This document shows positions 54,651-64,000 of a stretch of 64,000 nucleotides of DNA, piece after piece (position 1 is the stretch's first letter; every line of letters begins with the position of its first letter). The DNA comes from Lama guanicoe. Taxonomy: Eukaryota. The notes under the pieces are model-generated. The model was not told the DNA's origin. It searched no databases and saw only the letters and a program-made list of their open reading frames with translations. A program made the position numbers and the translations under genes. The DNA lies in contig MU053653.1 in assembly GCA_013239625.1 (NCBI GenBank), forward strand, positions 1 to 64,000, in the 5' to 3' direction.

Positions 54651-54848
54651 TCGAATGGGCTTCACTAGTGTCCGCCACAAAGACCTGGTTGTCGAACCAC
54701 AGGTGGGCCACGGTCATCCTGTTCTGGGTCAGAGTCCCCGTCTTGTCGAGCAGATGATGGAGGTGGATCCCAGCGTCTCCACCGCCTCCAGGTTCTTCAC
54801 CAGGCAGTTCTTCTTGGCCATCCGCTTTGCAGTCAGGGACAAGGCCAC
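54651..54848 (-). CDS. ATP12A: ATP12A exon 9 (phosphorylation site; 1-nt deletion)
   Basis: [33 protein letters not shown] then frame switch to [21 protein letters not shown]; 198 nt where the flanking phases require 199. Confidence 0.92.
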
Positions 54849-55576
54849 CTAGGCAGCAGAGAGAGAGAGACAGAGAGAAGGAGGCTTTAAGAAAACTCGA
54901 GTTCAAACATGAAGAAACAGAGCTGGACTCGTTCCAGGTCCAGTTCCAGATGCAATGAAGCTTCAGAACCAGAGGCTGGTAAACCAGAATGCCCTTCTTT
55001 TATTAAATATGGGACCCTCTTTTGGTCCCTTCACCCCTTGAGGAGGTGATCCTGAGGGGCCTGCAGACAGCAAAGCCAGGCGAGGTCACTGCCACCAACA
55101 CTCGGGAGTCGCCACCAAGGGGCTCTGGCTGCCGAGCACCTGTGGCTTGCAAGCAAGACTGTGGGAGGCGGACTTTGACCTTGGGGCCAAAGAGCTTGCC
55201 CCCGGGGGCTCACTTGTTTCTTTGGGGAAATCAAGAGCTCACTTTAAGAGCTCCAGATTATAAAGATTCTTAGCTCCCTCTCAACTCCCCATGTCTCAAA
55301 GGGTTCTTTTGCCCCAATTTCATCAAATTACTATCTGCTGGAGTCAGGGGAGCCCTGGGGTCAACAACTTCTCTCCGTCCTTGCTCAGGACAATACCAAG
55401 CTGCCTTCATCTGGAACTGAAAAGACGAATCCCTCTTCTGGGGCCTCCACAGCAGAGGCGGGGGCGGGGCCCTGTGTGCAAGGATGAGTTAGGCTCTCCC
55501 TACAGAGGGAGACTTAGAGCTGAAACTGGGGGAGGGGGCAAGCAGGAAAGGGCTGAACTGCTCTGCAGGAACATGG

Positions 55577-55616
55577 GTGTGTGTGTGTGTGTCTGTGTGT
55601 ATGTGTGTGTGTGTGT
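55577..55616 (+). repeat. Imperfect (GT)n microsatellite
   Basis: Directly visible. Confidence 0.9.
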
Positions 55617-56028
55617 CTGAGAGAGGGAAGAGAAAAGAGGTAAAAAATGTGCCTAAATTCTTCAGTTGCAGGAAATGCCGAAGAAATTATTGTTTTCCTT
55701 TAAGAACTGTGGAAACATGGGGAAGGTGTGGGGCTTCTAGAAAATCTGTAAATGGTGCTTTGAGACTGTCTTATCCAGCTCTTAAGGGGCAAAGTATCAT
55801 CCATAATCTGCAAATGGATCTCCTGAAAGTGAAAATATAAGGTTTTCAAGGGCAAAGCATTCACATGTTAACATCTCAACTCCTTTGTCCCCCTAAGAAG
55901 CAGCCCATCCTGAACGGCCTGCGGTCGTCCCTGACAGCGTGAACTCGGCTGTGCAGGGGCTCGCCCAGCACGGCAGAACTGCCCGTGTTAGCAGGGTCAG
56001 GGTGCGGCCACCAGCAGCACAGACTCAC

Positions 56029-56297
56029 AGTGACAGTGGCCAGGAGACCCTCAGGCACATTGGCCACAATGATGCCAATGAGGAAGATGATGGAGTCCAG
56101 GACCTGATACTTCATGGACACCGCGATGATGAAGAAAAGGACACCAATGGACACGGCCACTCCTGCCACAATGTGAACAAAGTGCTGGATCTCGATGGCA
56201 ATGGGTGTCTTTACATTCGTGACTCTTGAAGCCAGCGAGGCGATCTGCCCGATGACAGTACGGTCACCCGTGTTGATGACCATGCCAGTCGCCGTGC
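56029..56297 (-). CDS. ATP12A: ATP12A exon 8 (M3-M4, PEGL)
   Basis: (G)[13 protein letters not shown]...[13 protein letters not shown]; 269 nt. Confidence 0.93.
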
Positions 56298-56529
56298 CTA
56301 CAGGTGGAGCAGACATTTTATTGCAGGGTCCTCAGCTAGGCCCTCTCTTTGGTGGCTTATGTGGTCAATCAGCACGTGAAATTACAAAGGTCAAATTCCA
56401 GGCTCTTCAATTCATGTTTTCTCTCGGGAAAGCTTTGTAGCAAGACATGGTAAACAGACAAAACCATAAAGCCTAAAGAGGGAGAAGTGGTATGGGTGAA
56501 ACGTGCAGCCCTCCAGCGGCGGGACTTAC

Positions 56530-56647
56530 CTTCCAGACAGGTGGTCGAGAAGAAGCTGATGTTCTTTGTTTCCAGGGGGTTCTCGTGTGTAAACTCGCAG
56601 GAGCGGGGCTGGGGCTCAGACTCCCCAGTGAGAGATGAGTTATCTAC
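56530..56647 (-). CDS. ATP12A: ATP12A exon 7 (TGES motif)
   Basis: [39 protein letters not shown]; 118 nt. Confidence 0.93.
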
Positions 56648-56754
56648 CTAGAAATTTGGAAGAAAGTTCAAGAGTAGGCACCTGTTCTCTGCCCTCTTAC
56701 ACTGAGACCTGGAAAGACAAAAGCACGCTCCGCAGGACGTCCCGTGGTACCCAC

Positions 56755-56889
56755 CTTACACCCCTGAGCAGACAGCAGCCTGATGTCCGCAGGGATCTGG
56801 TCTCCTCCTTTAATCTCCACTATGTCGCCCACCACCAGCTGCTCTGCTGGAATTGTCTTCTTCTCTGAGTCTCGAATGACAAGAGCTTG
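56755..56889 (-). CDS. ATP12A: ATP12A exon 6
   Basis: [11 protein letters not shown]...[13 protein letters not shown]; 135 nt. Confidence 0.93.
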
Positions 56890-57880
56890 CTGGGAAAGAA
56901 AACCACGACCCACATCTCAGATTCCCTCCTGGGATGATGCTGACCTCCGCCACCCTCACCAAATCCACAGACTGAGGTACTGGAACCCACAGCTGTCAGA
57001 ATGGCAAAAAATGAAACAAAGACTTTTACTTTGGGCCTGAAGACCCTAAGAACTATTTTTTCTTGAGTTGGAGCTCATAGAGATAGTCCTGGAACCAGAA
57101 AATGCTGCTATGGGCAGATATAGCAAAGCGACAGCCCTGGGCCTGACGGAGAGGGAAACAGTTAAGGATGAGTGGTCCTGGCTGGGATGTCCAGGAAGAA
57201 TCCTGGAGGTTAAGCCACAGGGTTTAATAATCTTACTCAGGTTAGGAAAACTTTAATGGAGTGGGAGATGGACCTCCACTTGGTAGCACAAAAGATTCCA
57301 CCCAGAGTCCCTCCACTGGCAGCTCTGTGGCCTGGGACAGCGCAGCCTTCCTGCAGCACTGACAGTGCAGGTGCTCGGTCTCCCTGGAGGACACCTCCTG
57401 GGTTCGGGTGGGGGGAGGGGTGCCGGGGCCTCCCACGCTGAGAACGTCTCGGGGCAACACGCAGTGAGGCTCGGAAATGGGAGTAAACGTGGTCACAGGT
57501 AAAGAATCGACCTCCTTGGCTGCCAGCGAACACTCCTGAACCACAGGAGTTCGTTCTCGGAACCGCCTCAACCTCTTTTGTCTTAGCGGCTCTCCAGCAC
57601 TGAGGAGCAGCGACGGGAGATGCTGTGGTGCCTAATGATTCTGTCCTGCTTTACTTCTGAGTGAGCATTTTCCTCCCTCTTACCTCTTTGGTCATCTGAA
57701 GACCCTGGGAGGAAACAGCGGTTCACAGAGATTAGGCCTCTTGCTCAAGACCTCTCAGACAGCAAAGATGGGGCCAGGGCCTGAGCACGACCCTCTGCCT
57801 CTCAGGCCCCACGCTCCTCCTCGCCAGGTGCTTGCTCACCCGACGTCTCGCAGACACCGGAGAGGGGTGGTGCCACTCAC

Positions 57881-57994
57881 CTGTGGAATCATCTTATGGA
57901 AGCTGGCCATGATGTTGGTGCTTTTGGCCTCTTGGTAATAAGCAAAGATCCCTGTTAGAATAACCACCAGGGCAAGCACGGAGCCCAAGTACAC
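57881..57994 (-). CDS. ATP12A: ATP12A exon 5
   Basis: [38 protein letters not shown]; 114 nt; AG/GTGAG. Confidence 0.93.
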
Positions 57995-58677
57995 CTGGGT
58001 GAGGAGGACAGGTGTCAGTCAGAAAAGCAAGCATCAGGAATGAGCCAGATCCTAGGGCCGGGGCCCCACGGGACAGTGAGAGATGACAGTTGTATCTAAT
58101 TAAATGGCGAAGAATAAGTGACATGGCTGTGCAATCTGTCACCCCAGTAAGACCCCGGGCGCCCCGGCAGTCCTTCCCCACTCCAGCCCCAGCCTTGGCC
58201 ACCACCAATCTGCTTTCTGGACCCAGGGTCCATCTCCTCTGGACACTTCCTGTCAATGGTCCGAACACTATGTGCCTGCTGCACCTGGCTTCTCTTTCTC
58301 AGCATCATGTTGGCCAGTTCAGTTTTGTGGTTTAGTGCTCAGTTCGAAGCAGGCACAGATGCTCTCCATGGTAAAGGGAGAGTCAGCTGCGAGGAGAGAA
58401 GGCCCATGGATACTTCACATGGATATCGATATTTTTCTTCACTTAGGAACTTACAGCGTACCTCTCTCTCCCTTAAAAATTCATGCTCATACTGCCTCTG
58501 ACACATCAGAAAGTCAGACAGAATTTCTGTCTTAACACTGGGAAATGACTGATTTTCCCAAACCCATGCAGTGGCTGATCCGCGGCAGCCCCTTGACTCC
58601 AGCCCAGGATGCGGCCCATGGAAGGAGGCCTGCTCCCCCGCCAGCAGCAAAGCCAGGAAGGAGTCCCTATGTCTTAT

Positions 58678-58881
58678 GTTGTCCAGGGAGGAGGACTTAT
58701 TGTTGGAGTACTGGATCCCATAGGCGATCCAGCAGAGGACGGCCCCTATCCACAGCAGGATGGAGAATCCCCCCACCATCTGCTTCAGGAACTTGACAAT
58801 CTCCGGAGTCTCCTTGGGAGGGGTGAGGGCATTGGGCCCATTGCGAACCAGGAGCTCAGCAGCCCGGGCGCTGGAGAGACC
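58678..58881 (-). CDS. ATP12A: ATP12A exon 4 (donor mutated to AT)
   Basis: [22 protein letters not shown]...SSSLDN; 204 nt; followed by ATAAGA instead of GTAAGA. Confidence 0.92.
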
Positions 58882-59684
58882 CTGAGAAAGCCGACCCAAA
58901 GAAATAGGAATTAGATATTTCTCCCCCGGGTGGGACATCACACTTCTGCAGTTGTGGGTGGTGGTCACTACATCCGACTTCAATCACTGAGCCCTCCAGG
59001 GAGCCTCCTCTGGTCAGAATCCATCATTCTCTCAGCATATCCTTCAAACCTTCCACACGCCATCTGGGTGGAACAGAGTGGGTGTTATGACACCCCCCTA
59101 CACACCTGCATCCCCACCCAACTGCTTACTCCTCAAGCCCCGGCATCGTCACTCCTCCCCGCCCCTCACTGCAGCCCAATGGGTCACAGAGTAGGTACCT
59201 TCGTTGACTTGAACAGATGTATCCAAATCTGATGTTAAGACATCAAAACTTTTGAAATTTGAGTTTGAATCCTCAAAAGGAAGCAGAGCTTCCACGGTGG
59301 GGATTTTGTGAGACACACCAGGTGCCCTGCCACCACCCTTCCTTCTCAGGCCGGGCTTGGAGAAGACCCTCACACTTCCTGGGCACAGGGTTTAAAAGCA
59401 ACCTCTGACCATGACAGCAAGGAAGCGTCTGAACCTTTGGGGCTCCCACAGCTTTCCGACAGTCACAGAGACCCCTCAATGACCCAGCGCAGGCTCAGCA
59501 GGGGGCTCGGCCGGCTCTGGAGGCTGCCCCCTTCTGCACGGCGGTGGGCACGGGGGATTCTCACAGCTGCAGCCGCAGGCCACTCATCCTGGAGGTGCTG
59601 TGTTCTGGACCCCCACCCTCCACAGCCTTCTCCTTTGTATAGCCACGGGGATTCTTTCCCATCATGAGTTCTCTGATGACTTAC

Positions 59685-59744
59685 CGTAGTGATGTTTGTA
59701 CCATATTTCATTTCCAGTTCCTCACTGCTGAGTTTGTGGTCATC
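59685..59744 (-). CDS. ATP12A: ATP12A exon 3
   Basis: DDHKLSSEELEMKYGTNITT; AG/GTAAG; 60 nt. Confidence 0.92.
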
Positions 59745-60334
59745 CTGAATCCCATGAAAGGAAGAACAGCGTGAATTAGATAATTCCGAAAGACTGAAAC
59801 TCGAAGCCTTGGCAAACCCACGAAAGCTGGGAGTGGCACTGAGGATGGGAGAGGGGACAGGAAGTGTGGTGAAAAGAAGGAAGCCTTTGTGCCAGGTAGC
59901 TACAAGAGGAAAGAACCCTGCTGCAGGAGAGGTCACTGGCCAGGGGGTTTCTGGCCACCCCTGAAGAGTTCAGACTCAATTTGCCATCTGCCATGTAGCA
60001 GCTGTCTTTAGTTTTTATGAACAAAGCAACGCATTTCACTTCAGTCTGATCTTCAGCACATGCAAATCCTAGCACACCTGCTGTCCAGGCACTCTGATCT
60101 AGACACTTAACTCGGACGCGAATTCTGGTTAGGGTGAGGAGCAGTGCGTTCTGACAGCTCTCCCCGAAGCAGCAGTCTCGGGGTAGGCCGTCTGGGAGGG
60201 AGAAGTCGGCCTTTCCTTATTCCAGTCCTTAAGACTCAGTTCACAGTCAGAGAAACCCTGCAGATTAAGAACTTGCCAAATAAATACCAGGAGGGCCCAC
60301 ACTTGCTGATTTTGCCACAGAATCATTAGACTAA

Positions 60335-60497
60335 AGCAGAGGTTCTCAACCTTGGCATTATTGACATTTTGGGCCAATAGATTCTGTTGTGAGCTTCCAC
60401 CCACCAGCACCCTCCCTTGAGAAGGGATAACCATGAATGTCTCCAGACATTCCTAAATGTCCCCTGGGAACAAAATCCTCCTCTCTTCTCTGGGCTA
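60335..60497 (+). mobile_element. MER20 hAT-Charlie MITE
   Basis: gcagaggttctcaaccttggcattattgacattttgggcc...aatgtctccagacattcctaaatgtcccctggg. Confidence 0.75.
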
Positions 60498-62538
60498 AAG
60501 GACTAGAAACCTCTCCCTATAGCAGGAAACCCAGGGGTGAGCCTTCCTCACCCCACCGAGAAAACCCAGCACTCAGGATAAACCCTGATTGTCCGAAACA
60601 AAAACTGATATTGTGATTGGCACCAGAACATCTCTTTTCTTAAGAACATGCAAAAGAGTTTCGTGCCCTCGCCTCAGCCGGACCTGCTGTGCCTGTCCAC
60701 CCACTGTACCAACACCAGCTGCCCGTGATAGTTCTGGGGGGTCAAAGGTTAAGATGCAGTTCTGGGCACACCATGCCAGGTTCTGGGAAAACAAAAAGTA
60801 ACAGGTGGTTGGAGCCGTTGCTTTCACGGATGGACCTCAGACTTTCAGTGGCCTGTACTGCGACACCCTTCTCCCGTTAGCCTGGCTCCGGGAGGGGAGC
60901 AGGGCAGGTTGTGAGTGTGGATGCTGCCAGGACAGCGCAGGGCAGTACCAGGTGGCTCAGGCTTGTGTCTTCAGAAGCCAGGGGCACTGCGCTTCTCATC
61001 CAGGTTCTAATTTGCTGGAGGGGTCAGGATGCGAGCGCGCACCCTGTACGTGTCACAGATTACAGGATTCTTGTGAGAAGGATGTGAAAAAAGAGGGAAA
61101 GAAAATGTTTCCCTCTCAGCGAGGAAGCAAGGGATCACTCTGGCCAGTACAGTGGAAGTTACTTTTCTATATTCTACACCTTCATAAAATGCTCAGATCT
61201 CAAGGGAGATTCTCATTACAATTAACAAGCATATGAGAGAATGGATATATATTCATGTTATAAATAGCAATTTCAAGTAAGACTAGCTATGTCTTCACTC
61301 CTGCATACTGGAGACACACAGGAAACAAGGGTGACTACCACCGTCTGGTGCCGTGTGGAGTCTATCTCCTGCTTTCTTTCACTTAATCCTCTTAACGATT
61401 CTAAGAGGTAAGTACCATTTTTAATTCCAGTTTTTCAGCATAGGAAACTGAGCTTCCGTCAAACTGGGATTTGAATTCAGGCCAGTCCACTTCCAGGTCT
61501 TAAATATGTGTGGACACATGCCTAGTGGTGTGCCGCTAACCATTTCATGAGCTCTCCAGGAAAAACAAATAAAAAGCTCTGATCTGTAGCGTCTGTCGAT
61601 TTCTCACCGTAGCCACACTTCAAGTTACCAACACAATATTAGTCAGCTTGCCAAATTCCTGAATATTTAACTGGGGGCTCTCTAGCACATGTGAGCCCAC
61701 CCCACCAGCTGCTCAAAGAATCACAGCCTCAAAGTCTTCAGTGAAGTGCAGGGCCAATCTAGCACCATCGTAGACTCAGCGTGGAAGCCTCCCGTTTGTG
61801 CTCCTGAGATGTGATCTGTCACGTTGCAGGTCTCGGCTGGCCAGCTTTAACAAGCCCCAAGTTCGTCCTTAGTGGTAATGATGTTGCCCATCCACAAAGC
61901 ACTTTAGTCACAACATGCGCTTACTCTTATCCCACTTTCCCCCCTCACACACCCACGCAAAGTGTTCATTTCCCATTTTACGTAAAGAGAATGGAGCTTC
62001 AGTGAACTTGGGTAGTCTGCTCCCAGTCACAGATCAGTCCTGGAGAACTGGAACCTCAGTTGAGCTTAAGGTTGTCTGAATCCAAGCCCAACATTCTCAC
62101 CACTGAAATTCTTTCTTGTGGGGCAAATAAACCCAGAAACCCAGCAAAGTTTAGTGCTTTCAGTTTTCCTCCTGGGTGGTTCTGGCTAAAATAGTTTAAT
62201 CTTATCAGCTAAAATCTGGCAAGTGGTTACTTATATCTCAGTGCAGCCACCAGGAGGGAGAGAGGTCTGGGCCGCGCCTGCAGGGACTGGAATCAGAGCC
62301 TCATCCCTTGGGTTCTCCCTGGGCGTGCCTGCCGCCCGAATGCAGGAATCTTTAGAGGGCCTGACCCACGGGCAGATAGTATCACATCATTTTTTTTTTC
62401 CCAGCAAGGAAACAAATCTCAGGGATTTTCGCATTCTTGAGACTGATTTTTCTTTTTTAAGAGGTGGGTTGCGGGGGCACTCAGGGGGAGGGCAGGGCTT
62501 AGCGGCACCCCTCTGGCTTAGGGACCAAATCAACTGAC

Positions 62539-62694
62539 CAGATCAAGTTCCTTCTTAAGCTCCTCTTTCTGCTGATCCTTCCTGAGCTCCCAGCGGTTCT
62601 TTCTCAGGCCCCTGTGCTTGCCCTTGTCATCCCCCCTGTCTGTTTTCTCCACATCGTTCCTTCCACTGAGCTCCACGGAGTAAATTTCCGTTTT
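62539..62694 (-). CDS. ATP12A: ATP12A exon 2
   Basis: KTEIYSVELSGRNDVEKTD...EELKKELDL; AG/GT; 156 nt. Confidence 0.92.
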
Positions 62695-62799
62695 CTGAAA
62701 GAGAAGGAGGTCCGAGGTGGGTTTTCTGAAGAGGCGCAGCGGGCCCACCACTTAGGGACCAACAGGGGAGGGCAGTCCTCCCCCTGTCCCTCCTCTGGA

Positions 62800-63600
62800 G
62801 GAGTGGAGAGCGGCTCTCCGCCTCACCTGCAAACAGCAGCTCCGCGCGCCGGCCTTTCCCCTCCGGCCCTCCGCTGGAGGGCAGGCTGGGTGGGCACAGG
62901 CGTCCCCCCAGGGCACCCCTCCCCGGGGTGGGGGCGTTACTTCCCTCAACTCGACAAGATCCCGCCAAGAGGTGGCAGGGTCTCCGTGTTCCCCACAGGG
63001 CTCACCACGAGTGCCCCGTTTCAAGGGTTGGGGTACCTACTGACCCCTGGAACTCAGTGGCCAAGGCGGCTTGAAGACCACAGCGCGCCGCGTAGTCGCC
63101 AGCCCAGCGCCACCCTCCGGATCGGAGCTGTCCCCGGACCCCTGGCGCCCCCTCCCCGCGTTCGGGTTCGGGTCTTTACCCGGCCAGCCCTGCGTTCCCC
63201 GCACAGGCGCTTCAGGAGAGAAGCTGAGCGGAGGTCGGGGGTGGCCGGGGGAGCGCGGAGCGGAGCGGCGCGGCCCTGCCCCTCCCCTGGCCCCGCGCGT
63301 CCGCTTCGCGCCGCGCCGCACGCACCTGGCTCATGGCGCGGGCGGGGGCCCGGTCGGGCGGGGGTCCGGCGGCGGCCGAGGCCGGCGGCGGGGTCCTCGC
63401 TCCTCCGGCCGAGCGCCAGCCCAGCCCGGGAGGCTGCACGGCCTTAAATGCGCGGCCCCGCCCCTGCCCGCGCCGCCCGCGGCGCCCGCGGCCCCTGCGG
63501 CCTGAGCGCCGGGCGGCGCGGGGTCCCGTGGGCAGTGCAGTCCGGCCGCCCCGACCACCTGGCGCACGGAGAGCACGGGAAACCCCACCCGCTTTGCTCT
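62800..63600 (-). promoter_or_regulatory. CpG island / ATP12A promoter with TATA-like CATTTAA (63444-63450) and adjacent GC box
   Basis: Very CpG-dense around exon 1; minus-strand GGGCGGGG followed by CATTTAA about 110 nt upstream of the ATG. Confidence 0.8.
63326..63334 (-). CDS. ATP12A: ATP12A exon 1 (coding part, MSQ)
   Basis: GCCATGAGCCAG|GTGCG in CpG island; 3-codon first exon as in orthologues. Confidence 0.8.
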
Positions 63601-64000
63601 CCAAAACCTAACTGCTCTCCAGGAAAGAGTTTCTAAAAAGGTGTAAGCAGAGGGGAGGTTGCAGCTGCTAGCAGCAACTAACCGCCCTCTAAGGTGTCCC
63701 GAAAGTGAAAGGCTCTCGTTGACCGAGAATGGATTTGGGCAGGGAGTGGGAGTGTCAGCGGCAATATGGGCCCGGACGACGCTCTGAGGAGCGGCTGAGT
63801 GACTTTGCAGGGTCCTGAGGACGGAGGGGCGGTGAAGTCAGCGGGCTCTGGGATGAGGCTGCCTGGAGGGCAGAACCGAAGCTTGGGGCTGCTCTGGGAG
63901 GAACACCCCATCCGCTCCCGGGATGGAGACCTCCCTCTCCAAATACTGGCCGTCTCCCCTCCTTCCCTCCCCCCTTCCCTTCTTTTCTTTCCAAAAGGGC

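Noticed and set aside
43922..54848. Compensation among the two -1 frameshifts and the duplicated 151-nt exon
   Set aside because: A stop occurs five codons after the first frameshift and the net shift is not a multiple of three
62695..62751. N-terminally extended ATP12A isoform starting in intron 1
   Set aside because: The open frame upstream of exon 2 has no ATG before an in-frame stop
62614..63447. 277-aa plus-strand ORF, and similar Pro/Arg/Ala-rich ORFs at 12.6-13.3 kb and 40690-41454
   Set aside because: Stop-poor frames caused by GC-rich CpG islands or antisense to coding exons; no independent coding evidence

Overview
This is mammalian genomic DNA, very probably from a camelid (a Vic-1-type tRNA-derived SINE lies at about 4.76 kb). 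It carries two minus-strand genes in the order also seen in human, ATP12A then RNF17. RNF17 (RING/Tudor germline piRNA-pathway gene) is present as coding exons 1-6, which splice into an intact frame behind a CpG-island promoter at about 13 kb. ATP12A (non-gastric H+/K+-ATPase alpha chain) is present with all 23 coding exons recognisable, but it appears inactivated. The exon 4 donor is GT>AT. A 1-nt deletion just before the catalytic DKTGT aspartate (exon 9) gives a stop five codons later. A second 1-nt deletion creates TAA in exon 13, and two invariant P-domain motifs are changed (FARTSP>FAWTSP, TGDGVND>MGDGVND). Exon 15 is tandemly duplicated and exons 20-21 lie out of order. The 17.8-40.7 kb interval next to an N gap is a patchwork of near-identical duplications, often joined at poly-A runs, and is probably largely assembly or gap-filling artefact. 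The rest is ordinary mammalian repeats (L1, L2, MIR, MaLR/ERVL LTRs, DNA transposon MITEs, microsatellites). I see no novel multi-gene system. The best candidate discovery is loss of ATP12A in this lineage, which needs raw-read and cross-species confirmation. Comparisons to human proteins and repeat consensi are from memory, not database searches.
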